Source: Rickettsiales bacterium (GTDB lineage Bacteria > Pseudomonadota > Alphaproteobacteria > Rs-D84). Taken from it: a DNA stretch of 64,000 nt. The stretch is taken from NCBI GenBank assembly GCA_031283185.1, contig JAITCH010000011.1:550-64549 (forward strand). Reading direction: 5' to 3'. This document shows, one piece after another, positions 9,557-19,722 of the stretch. Below the pieces are notes generated by a model. The model made no database searches. It was not told the origin of the DNA and worked only from the letters and a program-made list of their open reading frames with translations. The stretch's first letter is position 1. Every line of letters starts with the position of its first letter. Position numbers and translations under genes: made by a program.

Positions 9557-10345
9557 TTATTTTATAAAAAACTCAGGGTCAAGGGCGATATTATGATGGT
9601 ATATTCCCAAATGCAAATGGGGGCCAGAAGACCGCCCGGTGCTACCCACCTTACCTATAATAGTATCCGCACTCACTTCATCCCCGACCTTAACTTTAAG
9701 CTCATCCGCGTGGAAATAAGCCGAAAAAATACGATTCCCATGATCTATAAATATAGTATTCCCAGTCATATATAAATCATCCGCCAAAACCACCCTACCT
9801 GCCGCCGCCGCACGGAACTCCGTCCCCCGGGGCGCAGCCAAATCCAATCCGTTATGCGGATTCTTCGGTTCCCCATTAAATATCCGTCTACTGCCATAAA
9901 CCCCGGAAACTTGGAATTTATCCAACGGCAATGGCGAACGCATATCCATAAATGCCGTCCCATCCGATTCAGTGCGCCGCGCCCGGCCGATTTTCTTTTT
10001 ATCCTTTTCCATCCGCGCCAAGACTTCCGGCGGATATTTCACATATTTATCCGCGACCTCTACTTTCTGTTCCTTGTATTGCCTTTGTTTCACGGCATAA
10101 TCAAACTTCCTGCAATTCCCGAACAACCCCCTTTCGCAAAACTCCAATGTAATAATATCAGGCGCGTCCATTGAAAGCGGAATAGTAAATACATCTTCCA
10201 TTGACATATTATTGCCATTCACATAAACCCTGTGCGTTTCCGATTCTCCGTATAATAATCCACCCTGAGACGCAACCCCGCATAATTTCGGCGCAGTGTC
10301 CAAAAGCCCGACAATCAGGCAAGTTGAAATGCTATAAAGTCTCAT
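9557..10345 (-). CDS. M23 family metallopeptidase
   Basis: HNGLD and TGRSSGPHLH motifs. Confidence 0.9.
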   Translation of the reverse strand: MRLYSISTCLIVGLLDTAPKLCGVASQGGLLYGESETHRVYVNGNNMSMEDVFTIPLSMDAPDIITLEFCERGLFGNCRKFDYAVKQRQYKEQKVEVADKYVKYPPEVLARMEKDKKKIGRARRTESDGTAFMDMRSPLPLDKFQVSGVYGSRRIFNGEPKNPHNGLDLAAPRGTEFRAAAAGRVVLADDLYMTGNTIFIDHGNRIFSAYFHADELKVKVGDEVSADTIIGKVGSTGRSSGPHLHLGIYHHNIALDPEFFIK

Positions 10346-11039
10346 CGCTTGCGTCCTTGTAATTATCATCCATAAAGGATTTGGCCACTATGAATCTAAG
10401 CCGCCCGGTCATATTATCCGCCATTTTTAGTGTCAGGCGATAGACTTCTTCCAATGGCTGGACGGCGTTTCCGGCGTGGCAAAATTCAATTCCCCAGTCT
10501 TCGCGCCCGGTCAAGGATGACAGAAATCCGTAATATAACGAAGAACTATTTTTTGAATTTTTTGATATAAGCATCAGCGAATTCGCCGACAGGCTATCCA
10601 TACATTCGCGGACAACTTCCCAACCAAAGGGAGGAACATCCGCGAGTCCCAGCGCAATAGTAAGTTTCTTATCAAAGAATATCTCTGACTTGATTTGCGT
10701 CAATCCGGCGGCGAGTGGCTGCAAATCCCGGAATCTGACATATATTTGGACGGCATCCGCGCCGCGCTTTAACGGCGCGCTTATATCCGCAGCCAGGTTT
10801 TCAATCGGGGTTTTATCCGCGTTCCAGGCGATGAACGCGCTGAGTTTAATGTTTGATTTTTCCAGCCAAGTCCATACTGCTGGAACCGAAACCGCATCCA
10901 CAGACATTCCAGACATCTTAAATTTGGCGGCGGCGGCGGCGGATTGTATCAGGTCGGTCGCTTCATTCGCCCCCCAGCAGCACAGGTCAAGGTGCGGCCG
11001 GATGTCCCGCAGGGTGTTAAGATAATTGATTTGTTCCAT
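10332..11039 (-). CDS. Hypothetical protein, degenerate DeoC-like TIM barrel
   Basis: Weak DeoC-like segments (LDLCC..., LKRGADAVQI). Start follows TATAAT-6 nt. Confidence 0.45.
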   Translation of the reverse strand: MEQINYLNTLRDIRPHLDLCCWGANEATDLIQSAAAAAKFKMSGMSVDAVSVPAVWTWLEKSNIKLSAFIAWNADKTPIENLAADISAPLKRGADAVQIYVRFRDLQPLAAGLTQIKSEIFFDKKLTIALGLADVPPFGWEVVRECMDSLSANSLMLISKNSKNSSSLYYGFLSSLTGREDWGIEFCHAGNAVQPLEEVYRLTLKMADNMTGRLRFIVAKSFMDDNYKDASDETL

Positions 11040-11084
11040 AAAGTTATTATAGCATAAAGGCGCGGATTTTGCTATAATTGAGGA

Positions 11085-12062
11085 ATGAAGCGGTTTATAA
11101 AAAACCTTCTTGAATTTGCATTTTTGCAGGCCGTGGGCATTTTGGCCTTTTCGGCCTATGTCAGTCTTTATTTCGGATTCAACATATTTTTGCGCGCGCA
11201 TTGGAGGCATCTGGTGGATATGCAACTGGATGGCGCGCCCGTTGCCAGAGAGTTTTATACAGCCTTATTATTAATAGTCGCTTATTCGGTATCGGTGGTT
11301 TGGTTTGTTCTTGTCCGCCCGCGGCGCAGGATTATTTTGACATCCAGTTATGCCCCTCCTCTCCCGGTTATTCCGCTTGCGGCAAAGCCTGGTTTGGAAA
11401 GACCCGCTATGATGAAACCCGCTACAAATATGACGGGACTTTATTCTTCGCCTGTGGCGGCGGCGTCCGCTGTGTCATCCGCCTTGTCATTCAGTCCCGC
11501 GCCAATGGTTCATCCCGCCGCAACGGCCGCGCCTGAAAAACCCGATACCATCGCATCCGACATAACGCCGGAGATTCTAAAAAATCTTACCAATCACGGA
11601 TTTATAATATCTGACGCGCCGGATATAAACGGATTAAAGCCGGATATTTGGGCACTTAACGGCGAAAGCGTTTTAATCGGCGTGGTCTGCGGCGCGCACG
11701 GGCGCGTCATTGCAAAAGAAAGCGGCGGCGATAACTGGCGTTCCGACATAGACGGAGACTTCAAGTCCCCTGCCGGCGCGCTTTATGCGGCGGTGGAAAA
11801 TCTGAACCAGTTGTTCAGTGAAACGCTTGACGCCGGGACAAAGATAAAGGTTATCCCAGTCGTAGTTATGGCCGAGGGCAATATAGAAAATTATGAAAAG
11901 TTGGCGGAAATTTGGGCGGCTTATGGCGTAAAAGTATTTAATCACGGCGCGCCTGAGTTCGAGGCCTTTGCGAATAAAATTAAAATAGAGCCAAAGAACG
12001 AATCATTTATAGAATATATGAGCACGATCGTATGGTATTATTCGGATGAAAAGGATGCATAA
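11085..12062 (+). CDS. Membrane-anchored protein with a C-terminal NERD/PD-(D/E)xK-like domain
   Basis: Two N-terminal TM segments, a Pro/Ala linker, then PDIWAL, G..W, FKSP and PVVVM. Confidence 0.5.
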   Translation: MKRFIKNLLEFAFLQAVGILAFSAYVSLYFGFNIFLRAHWRHLVDMQLDGAPVAREFYTALLLIVAYSVSVVWFVLVRPRRRIILTSSYAPPLPVIPLAAKPGLERPAMMKPATNMTGLYSSPVAAASAVSSALSFSPAPMVHPAATAAPEKPDTIASDITPEILKNLTNHGFIISDAPDINGLKPDIWALNGESVLIGVVCGAHGRVIAKESGGDNWRSDIDGDFKSPAGALYAAVENLNQLFSETLDAGTKIKVIPVVVMAEGNIENYEKLAEIWAAYGVKVFNHGAPEFEAFANKIKIEPKNESFIEYMSTIVWYYSDEKDA

Positions 12063-12574
12063 TGATTAATATAGCAGAGGCATCAAGAAGATTGGCGGCA
12101 TTGGGCATTTCAGATTTGGCCTTGGGCGAGGTCGCCGCCCAGCCGCAACCCTTGCCGCGGGATTGGTTCGCCGCGTTCCGCGCCGCACGCCGCGAATTAT
12201 TGACCAACCGCATCAAGAAAAATCAAGAAGAATTATTTATGATCGGTTTAAATCCTGCGGAAATAACAGACATATATAAAGGCATTCGGATTCCAGTCGG
12301 GGTTTCGGTAAAGTTTCGCATTCCTCCGATTTACGGCGGAGAGATTTCCCCTGAAAATATGTTCGTCTGCCGAAGCGTCCCGGAGGGTCGCGCCATTGAT
12401 ATATTCATTGCAGAGCAAGCAGGCGCGGGCGTTTTCTTTTATCCTAATCCGGCGAAGAATGTTTATATGACTTCTATGGGGTCGCTCAATTCTCCGGGCG
12501 GAAATGCGACCAGCGATCGCCTCAGCGATGTGCAGGCGGAAGATGTGTTGAACGCGCTTGGCGGAAGGGGGTAA
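12062..12574 (+). CDS. Hypothetical protein with a degenerate HNH-toxin-like segment
   Basis: IPVGVSVKFRIPPIYGGEISPENMFVC. Translationally coupled to the upstream gene. Confidence 0.45.
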   Translation: MINIAEASRRLAALGISDLALGEVAAQPQPLPRDWFAAFRAARRELLTNRIKKNQEELFMIGLNPAEITDIYKGIRIPVGVSVKFRIPPIYGGEISPENMFVCRSVPEGRAIDIFIAEQAGAGVFFYPNPAKNVYMTSMGSLNSPGGNATSDRLSDVQAEDVLNALGGRG

Positions 12575-12577
12575 AAA

Positions 12578-12997
12578 ATGGATTTCTCATCTGCTTTATC
12601 TGAATTGGAAAAGTTCGGCGCGGAATTTATTCCGCCAGCCGGGGCAGATGCCTTGCCGCGAACACAGGGCGCATTACAGGCATTGGGGCGGATTATGCTG
12701 CCGCTTGATTTGGCGGAAGTTTATAAAAGCATAGATGGAATTTTTATGGGGGACGCCGAAATGTTCGGATTGGAATCGCATCCGTTCGGACGCGGTCAGA
12801 CGCGAACTATTGCGGAAGTGAATTCGGATTTAAGGATTGGGCAAAGGACGATATTCGGACGAAACGGACTTTTCTTTTTAGTCGTTGATACGGACAGCGG
12901 CTATGCGCTGATGGATATTTATACCTTGCGAATTGTGAAGAAATATGATGGCGCGGCGGACGCTATTCGGGATTGTTTGCTGGTGGGCGCGTTATGA
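12578..12997 (+). CDS. SMI1/KNR4 (SUKH) family protein
   Basis: PPA...LPLDLAEVYKSIDG pattern. Confidence 0.65.
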   Translation: MDFSSALSELEKFGAEFIPPAGADALPRTQGALQALGRIMLPLDLAEVYKSIDGIFMGDAEMFGLESHPFGRGQTRTIAEVNSDLRIGQRTIFGRNGLFFLVVDTDSGYALMDIYTLRIVKKYDGAADAIRDCLLVGAL

Positions 12998-13203
12998 AAA
13001 AAATATCAATTTCCATAAAGGGTCATAGGACGAGTTTAAGTTTGGAACCGGAATTTATGGATGAATTGCAACGCGCGGCGGATCTAAAAAAAGTGCCGCT
13101 TGCAAAAATTATCTGCGATATTGATGAGGGGCGCGGCGCGGTTAATCTTTCTTCCGCCGTCCGCGTATTCCTGTTAAGGCAAGCGTTGCGGAAGAAAGCA
13201 TAA
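12994..13203 (+). CDS. Ribbon-helix-helix (RHH_4) protein
   Basis: GHRTSLSLEPEF...NLSSAVRVFLL. Confidence 0.85.
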   Translation: MKKISISIKGHRTSLSLEPEFMDELQRAADLKKVPLAKIICDIDEGRGAVNLSSAVRVFLLRQALRKKA

Positions 13204-14980
13204 TCAAAACAATCATAAAACCATTCGGCAATAACGAATAAAAACTGCAGCGTTTTGCGGGAATCGCAGCGTCAATTATTCCGCGCTCTCCGACATCCAG
13301 TTTATGAAGCACGCGACCCTGCGGGTCAATAATTGCGGATACGCCAGACCAGTTTGCGCGGACGACCGGGAGTCCCGTTTCAATCGCGCGAAGCCGCGCC
13401 AAGTCCAAATGTTGCAATGGTCCGCGGGACTTTCCAAACCAGCCGTCATTTGTTATATTGATTATCGCGGATGCATATTCTTCGTTATAAGTGTTGCCGA
13501 AAATTATTTCATAACAGATGGATGGGGCGAATGATATGCCGGAAATTTCCATCGCGCCTTGGGTGGTCGCGCCCGCTGTGAAATCGCCCGGCACCGGCAC
13601 CATTTTTCCAAAGGGACTATATTCGCCGAACGGGACAAGTTTTATCTTGTCGTAATAACGGCGCGTTCCGTTTTCCATTATAAACAGGCTGTTGAAGTAA
13701 TCACCCGAATCCCGGCGTATCGCGCCGAAAATAAGGGGTTTCGTCAGACCGAAATTTATTTTTGCATTCTCACTAACAGGATATGGAAAACTGCTTTCCG
13801 GCCAAACGATTAAATCAAATTCGCCCGGAAGAGATGACAATTCAATCAGTGTTTCCAAATTTCTGTCAGCGCGTTCTGCGGAAGATTTATATGCTTGTTC
13901 TATGGCTGGTTGGACTATGCGAACGATTTTTCCAGTGTCTGTTGGCGCGGTCATATTTAAGTTTGATATTAATAAAAGAATAAAAAATGCAGGCCAGAAA
14001 AATAATGCGACTTTTAATTTATTAAGTGATGCCGCCATTCCGGCGACAATAAAAGTGCTAGCGACAATTCCTATGACTCCGATTATATTGGCGGAAGTGT
14101 CTGAAAATAAAAGTGTCGCGCCAAGCGGGTTCCAAGGGAATCCGCTGAGCATCCATCCGCGCATCCATAAAACGAGTGCGGCGAATACGGCGAAATAAAA
14201 CGGCCTGCGCCATCCGTTGTCGCGCATTGCGGCGGTTAATGCGAATGGCAATCCGAATACGATTCCACCACCCAACATTATTCCGATTGCAGCAAATGGC
14301 GCAAGCCATCCGAATGTTGCGGCGGCAGTTGCATCAACAAAGAAACTTGCAATCATCCAGGAAAAGTTTGCGATGGCAAAGCCCGCGCCGAATGGAAAAC
14401 CAACCCGAAATCCATCAATAAATTTATTGTTTGTTTCATTCATATAATATGCAGCGGCAAGCGCGATTAATGCAATTAAAAAGTTATGTTCGGGCGCAAA
14501 TCCGAATACCATCAATGCCCCGAGAACAAATGCAGCAGCGGCTTTCAGCCGAGGCGACCATTTTGTTTCATATGGATTTTTTATACCGAGTTTGTGCAGA
14601 ATGCGAACTTCGCGCCGCTCCATTTTTTTCGCGTCCGCATCTTCTATATGGTCAAAGCCGGACAAATGCAATGCGCCGTGCACCAACATATGCGCCGCGT
14701 GTTCTGCGAAATTTTGCGCGTCCGATTCCGCCAGAATTGTGTCATATGACAAAACTATATCGCCCATCATATGCGGATCGCCGCTCTCGAAAGACAGCAC
14801 ATTTGTAGGCTTGTCCATTTGGCGGTATTGCTTGTTCAATTTTCTGATTTCCGAATCATTCGTCAGCAAGACTGATACTTCGGCATTTTTATTTTTTAGG
14901 GCTGCGTTGATAATGGCGTCTATATCAAGGTTGATATTTTTCCAACGCGCATCGTTAATTTGCACCAGAACTTTTGTCAT
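13142..14980 (-). CDS. ybeY-lnt: YbeY rRNA maturation endoribonuclease fused to apolipoprotein N-acyltransferase Lnt
   Basis: N-terminal DKPTNVLSF and HGALHLSGFDH. C-terminal GFPWN, WPESS, KLVPFGEY, ICYE and TNDGWFG. Confidence 0.9.
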   Translation of the reverse strand: MTKVLVQINDARWKNINLDIDAIINAALKNKNAEVSVLLTNDSEIRKLNKQYRQMDKPTNVLSFESGDPHMMGDIVLSYDTILAESDAQNFAEHAAHMLVHGALHLSGFDHIEDADAKKMERREVRILHKLGIKNPYETKWSPRLKAAAAFVLGALMVFGFAPEHNFLIALIALAAAYYMNETNNKFIDGFRVGFPFGAGFAIANFSWMIASFFVDATAAATFGWLAPFAAIGIMLGGGIVFGLPFALTAAMRDNGWRRPFYFAVFAALVLWMRGWMLSGFPWNPLGATLLFSDTSANIIGVIGIVASTFIVAGMAASLNKLKVALFFWPAFFILLLISNLNMTAPTDTGKIVRIVQPAIEQAYKSSAERADRNLETLIELSSLPGEFDLIVWPESSFPYPVSENAKINFGLTKPLIFGAIRRDSGDYFNSLFIMENGTRRYYDKIKLVPFGEYSPFGKMVPVPGDFTAGATTQGAMEISGISFAPSICYEIIFGNTYNEEYASAIINITNDGWFGKSRGPLQHLDLARLRAIETGLPVVRANWSGVSAIIDPQGRVLHKLDVGERGIIDAAIPAKRCSFYSLLPNGFMIVLIMLSSATLALTGIRGRRKKD

Positions 14981-16245
14981 ATGATTTCTCCGCGTAATGA
15001 ACTTTTATTGCCGTCTGTAATTTTTATATTTGCGAAATTGCCTTTCCCCGCGCTGGGTTCCAAAACAATTTGCTGCATATAAGGCGTGCGGGCGATGCGT
15101 TGTCCGGGCAGTTTTCCATCTTCATCAATTATGCAGGGCAAGGTCGCACCAATAAGACTTAAATTGAACGCGCGGGTATTTTCGTTGATAAGATTATCCA
15201 ATTCTTTTAGGCGGCGGGCTTTGATATCCGCCGGAATTTGACCGGGCATCTGCGCGGCGGCAGTATGCGGCCGGGGCGAAAATTTAAATGTATAGGAATT
15301 TATAAATTTCACGCGGCGCGCTATGTCCATAGACATCTGAAAATCTTCTTCGGTCTCACCGGGAAAGCCGACTATGAAGTCGCTTGAAATCTGAATGTCC
15401 GGCCGAACGCGGCGGAATGCGTCCACTATGCCCAGATATTGGTCTATGTCATATGGCCGGTTCATTCGCTGCAAGACAGCGGGCGATCCAGATTGCAGCG
15501 GCATATTAACAAATGGTAATAATTTTTCTTCCGTCCCGTGAAGCGCGATTAGGTCGTCCGTCATTTCGGTCGGATAGGACGAAGTGTATCTTATGCGTTT
15601 GACGGACGGAATTTTTGCAGTGCGGCGAATTAAATCCGCAAGACCAAATTTATATCCATTGACATTTTGACCGAGGAAACAGATTTCAATCGCGCCCCGC
15701 TCTACCGCGGCATTGACTTCGCCCATAACCGATTCGGGATCGCGCGATATTTCGCGGCCGCGGGTGAACGGGACGATGCAATAAGTGCAGATATGGTCGC
15801 AGCCTTCTTGGACTGGGATATATGCGGTGGCGGTGTGATTGGTATTGATCGGAAGCGCGTCAAATTTTTCAAGTCCCGACAGGTCTATATTCATATAGCG
15901 CGCCTCTGGATTTTCCAAAATTTCAGTTATTTTATGATACGATTGCGGTCCCAAAACGAAGTTCAGTGCGGGTATGCGGCGGAAAGCATTTTGCCCTTCT
16001 TCACGGGCGGTGCATCCGACTATGCCAAGGAGCGAGCCTGACTTTTTGATTTGCGCCAGGCGACCAAGTGTTGAGAAAATTTTTTCTGATGCTTTTTCCC
16101 GAACGGCGCAAGTGTTCAGGATTATTGCGTCTGCATCGGTGGCAGAGTCTGTGCGGAAGTGTCCTGCGCGGGTAAGTGCGCTTGCGATGCGTTGCCCGTC
16201 ATAGACATTCATTTGGCAGCCGAAAGTTTCTAAGAAAAATTTCAT
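14977..16245 (-). CDS. miaB: tRNA-i6A37 methylthiotransferase
   Basis: TFGCQMN, NTCAVREKA and radical SAM CDHICTYC. Confidence 0.93.
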   Translation of the reverse strand: MKFFLETFGCQMNVYDGQRIASALTRAGHFRTDSATDADAIILNTCAVREKASEKIFSTLGRLAQIKKSGSLLGIVGCTAREEGQNAFRRIPALNFVLGPQSYHKITEILENPEARYMNIDLSGLEKFDALPINTNHTATAYIPVQEGCDHICTYCIVPFTRGREISRDPESVMGEVNAAVERGAIEICFLGQNVNGYKFGLADLIRRTAKIPSVKRIRYTSSYPTEMTDDLIALHGTEEKLLPFVNMPLQSGSPAVLQRMNRPYDIDQYLGIVDAFRRVRPDIQISSDFIVGFPGETEEDFQMSMDIARRVKFINSYTFKFSPRPHTAAAQMPGQIPADIKARRLKELDNLINENTRAFNLSLIGATLPCIIDEDGKLPGQRIARTPYMQQIVLEPSAGKGNFANIKITDGNKSSLRGEII

Positions 16246-16251
16246 AGGGGC

Positions 16252-16279
16252 ATTATATTGCATTCGCGCGGAAAGTCAA
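16252..16279 (-). promoter_or_regulatory. miaB promoter, leaderless
   Basis: TTGACT-16 nt-TATAAT-6 nt-ATG. Confidence 0.65.
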
Positions 16280-16441
16280 TTTTGCGCGCGGACGCATTTC
16301 CTAGGAAAAGGAACTTAGCGACTTGGATCATATTTTTGAGTTAAATTATTCCTAGGGATAAAAGGAGAGGCTGCAATGACATTTTTAAATGACAGAAAAT
16401 TGATATTCATAGAATATCCAAAAACTTTTGGTGAATGAAAA

Positions 16442-16466
16442 ATCCCCTCCGTTGGGGAGGGGAACT
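16442..16466. repeat. R3 fragment, possibly the gatB terminator
   Basis: TCCCCTCCGTTGGGGAGGGGA hairpin with A/T flanks. Confidence 0.6.
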
Positions 16467-16471
16467 TTTTA

Positions 16472-17917
16472 TTATATTTTTTGGCTGATGAGTTTATTAA
16501 CCAGTTCGGGATTGGCGCGGCCGCCTGATTGTTTCATCACTTGACCCACCAGCCAGCCCATAAGCCCAGTCTTCCCGCCCTTTAATGCTGCGACTTTATC
16601 GGGATTCGCGCCTAACACTTCATCAATAATCTTTTCCATTTCACCAGTATCAGTCATTTGGCGAAGCCCGTGCTTTTCAATAATTTCAGCAGGCGCGCCA
16701 TCGCCGTCAAGCATCATTGCAAAAACATCCTTTGCTATTTTGCCAGATATTGTGCCATCCAATATCAAGTCCACAAGTTCGCGTAGGGCGGCGGGCGTAA
16801 TCGTTGAATCCTTTATATCCGCGAAATGCGCAAAGAGTTCCGAAATCATCCAATTTGCAATCGGCTTTGCGCGGCCTGATTCGCCTGCGACTGCGCTTTC
16901 AAACCATTCCGCAATCTCTGGCGTTTCGGTTAATAATCCCGCGTCATAATCGGTAAGCCCCAGTTCGCCCATATAACGCGATTTTTTTGCAGCGGGCAAT
17001 TCTGGAAGTTCGCGCCGAATCTTTTCAATTCGTTCTTCGGTTAAAATCAGCGGCAATAAATCCGGGTCGGGAAAATATCTGTAATCAAGCGCGTTTTCTT
17101 TTGATCGCAGAGTTGAAGTCGTGCCAGATGTCGAATCGAATCGGCGCGTTTCCTGATCGACTTCGCCGCCATTTTCATAAAGTTCAATTTGTCGGGTAGC
17201 CTCGAATTCAATCGCCGTCTGAATGAACTTGAACGAAGTCATATTTTTTATTTCGCAGCGCGTGCGAAATTCCGGCTCGCCAAATTTTCTCACCGACACA
17301 TTAACATCGGCGCGCATAGATCCTTCGTCCATATTGCCGTTGGATGTTTTAAGCGCGCGGGCGATTGCGCGGAGGCTCCGCAAATAATTTGCCGCCTCGG
17401 TCGGCGAGCGCAAATCCGGGAACGATACGATTTCCATAAGGCCGACACCCGACCGATTTAGATCCACAAATGATTTATTGGGATTCCTGTCGTGGACATT
17501 TTTCCCTGCGTCTTGCTCTATATGAAGCCGTTCTATGCGGACGCGTTTCTTCGCGCCTTCGTCATCCAAAATATCAAGAAATCCATTTCCGACAATCGGG
17601 GTGGTTTGCGAAATCTGGTATCCCTGCGGCAAGTCGGGATAAAAGTATTGTTTCCGCGCAAAGACCGATCGCCGATTGATTTCGGCATTTATCCCAAGCC
17701 CCATCCGAATCGCTTGGTCAATGATAAATGCGTTTGGGGTCGGCAGCATTCCGGGAAAGCCCGCGTCAACAAATGATACTTGGGAATTTGCGGGCGAAGT
17801 GGGTTTATAATCCGCCGATGCGGCCGAAAATAATTTCGCATTTGACAGCACTTCCATATGGGTTTCGAGACCAATGATTACTTCCCAGTCGCCGGTTTTT
17901 CCAGTTATTTTATACAT
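16472..17917 (-). CDS. gatB: Asp/Glu-tRNA amidotransferase subunit B
   Basis: IGLETH, YFYPDLP and YRYFPDPDL. Confidence 0.96.
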   Translation of the reverse strand: MYKITGKTGDWEVIIGLETHMEVLSNAKLFSAASADYKPTSPANSQVSFVDAGFPGMLPTPNAFIIDQAIRMGLGINAEINRRSVFARKQYFYPDLPQGYQISQTTPIVGNGFLDILDDEGAKKRVRIERLHIEQDAGKNVHDRNPNKSFVDLNRSGVGLMEIVSFPDLRSPTEAANYLRSLRAIARALKTSNGNMDEGSMRADVNVSVRKFGEPEFRTRCEIKNMTSFKFIQTAIEFEATRQIELYENGGEVDQETRRFDSTSGTTSTLRSKENALDYRYFPDPDLLPLILTEERIEKIRRELPELPAAKKSRYMGELGLTDYDAGLLTETPEIAEWFESAVAGESGRAKPIANWMISELFAHFADIKDSTITPAALRELVDLILDGTISGKIAKDVFAMMLDGDGAPAEIIEKHGLRQMTDTGEMEKIIDEVLGANPDKVAALKGGKTGLMGWLVGQVMKQSGGRANPELVNKLISQKI

Positions 17918-17920
17918 TTT

Positions 17921-19387
17921 TTAAGCCCCCATTATGTCGGTGGGTTGGAATTTAAGACCCGACAATTCTTCAACCTTGCGGGCGAGTTGCAGGCATTTCA
18001 AGTCGTCAAATTGCCGTCCGATTATTTGGAGTCCCAGCGGCAGGCCGGATGCGGAAAGCCCCATCGGAACGCTTGTCGCAGGCAGCCCGGCGAGATTCAC
18101 CGGAACCGTGAAAACATCCAATGCGTATTCTTCGAGCGGCGTCATTTGTTTATCCAGCGGCAATGCCTCGGCCGCGGCGGTCGGTGTCAGAATCAAATCG
18201 CATTTCTCAAAAGCCGCATTGAAAGAATTGAATAGCAAGCGGCGAAGTTTTGCGGCCTGCATAAAATAGACTTCATACGATTCGGAAGACAGCACTGCGG
18301 TGCCGATTATCATACGGCGTTTGACTTCGGTTCCAAATCCCTCGCTACGGGTTTTTTCATACATATCAATCAAGTCTTTTGATCCCTCTGCACGGAAACC
18401 GAATCGCACGCCGTCATAGCGGGACAGATTGCTGCTGGCCTCTGCCGGGGCGATGATGTAATAAGCGGCAAGCGCGGGTTGAATTTCCGGCACGGATACT
18501 TCAATTATTTCCGCGCCTGCGGATTTCAGGTCATTAATGCGTTTATCAAATGCCGCCCGGACATCCGGGGATAAAGTCAGGTCGCCGAGTTCCTTTATAA
18601 TTCCAATACGAAGCCCTTTTAATTTCATATTATCAATCTCGCCTGCATAATCGGGATGCTTTATGTCGGCGGAAGTTGAGTCGTTTTTATCAAAGCCCGC
18701 CATAGCGGACAACATCAACGCCGCGTCCGTTGCTGTGCGCGCAACGGGTCCCGGGCAGTCCAAGGAACTTGCGAATGCGATGCAGCCAAAGCGCGAACAA
18801 ATTCCGTATGTCGGTTTATGTCCGACCAGTCCCGCGCAATGCGAAGGGAATCTAATTGATCCGCCGGTATCGGTGCCGGTGGCGGCAATGCAGAGGCCTG
18901 ATGCGACAGCGGAAGACGATCCGCCGCTTGATCCGCCTGCGGTTAATCTCTGTTCCCTCTTCCATGGATTTATTGGCGCGCCAAAGAATGAAGTCTTGGA
19001 TAATCCTCCCATTGCGAATTCGTCCAGGTTTAATTTCCCAAGCAGGACAGAGCCCGCGTCCGCCAATTTTTGCGATATTGTGGATTCGTATTCGGGGATA
19101 AAATTTTCAAGCATCCGGCTGGCGGCGGTGGTGCGGACGCCTTTTGTGCAGAATAAATCCTTCATTCCGATTGGCGCGCCGTCCAGGGGCAATGCCGCGC
19201 CCTTTGCGCGCCGGGCGTCAGATGCGGCCGCGTCTGATAAAGCGCGTTCCGGCGTTTCGGTTATATAGCAGTTTAATTCGCCGTTAAATTTTTTTATGCG
19301 GTCTATATATGTCTTTGTTAATTCCACTGCGGAAATTTCCCGCGCCGCTAATTTATCAAGTGCTTCTTTTAATGAAAGGTTTATCAT
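17921..19387 (-). CDS. gatA: Glu-tRNA amidotransferase subunit A
   Basis: Amidase signature GGSSGGS and TDTGGSIR. Confidence 0.96.
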   Translation of the reverse strand: MINLSLKEALDKLAAREISAVELTKTYIDRIKKFNGELNCYITETPERALSDAAASDARRAKGAALPLDGAPIGMKDLFCTKGVRTTAASRMLENFIPEYESTISQKLADAGSVLLGKLNLDEFAMGGLSKTSFFGAPINPWKREQRLTAGGSSGGSSSAVASGLCIAATGTDTGGSIRFPSHCAGLVGHKPTYGICSRFGCIAFASSLDCPGPVARTATDAALMLSAMAGFDKNDSTSADIKHPDYAGEIDNMKLKGLRIGIIKELGDLTLSPDVRAAFDKRINDLKSAGAEIIEVSVPEIQPALAAYYIIAPAEASSNLSRYDGVRFGFRAEGSKDLIDMYEKTRSEGFGTEVKRRMIIGTAVLSSESYEVYFMQAAKLRRLLFNSFNAAFEKCDLILTPTAAAEALPLDKQMTPLEEYALDVFTVPVNLAGLPATSVPMGLSASGLPLGLQIIGRQFDDLKCLQLARKVEELSGLKFQPTDIMGA

Positions 19388-19388
19388 C

Positions 19389-19685
19389 TTATTCGCCCTC
19401 TATAATTTTAGGCACGGCGAAATATCCGGCGCGCTTGCCGGTATCATCCGGGACATTGGCAAGTAAAGAATCGCGGATATTTCCATCCGCCACTATGTCT
19501 TCGCGGAATCGCAAGTCGTGATTCGCTGGGCTGAGCAAAGGTTCCACCCCGTCCGTATTGATTTTTTGCAGTTGGTCAATCCAGTCGATAACACCGCTGA
19601 TGTTCATATTATCCAAGTCCCCATCCGATACGGCGATGCGGGATAAATGCGCGAATTTTTTTAATGTTGCTTTTGGAAATGCCAT
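19389..19685 (-). CDS. gatC: Amidotransferase subunit C
   Basis: AHLSRI and GYFAVPKII; first gene of gatCAB. Confidence 0.93.
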   Translation of the reverse strand: MAFPKATLKKFAHLSRIAVSDGDLDNMNISGVIDWIDQLQKINTDGVEPLLSPANHDLRFREDIVADGNIRDSLLANVPDDTGKRAGYFAVPKIIEGE

Positions 19686-19722
19686 GAATTATCCTGTATT
19701 GTTAAGATAAGGGAACATAGCA

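Noticed and set aside
16298..16358. Imperfect hairpin bounded by CCTAGG upstream of miaB
   Set aside because: Single copy, weak pairing, and upstream of the miaB promoter; no support for a function.
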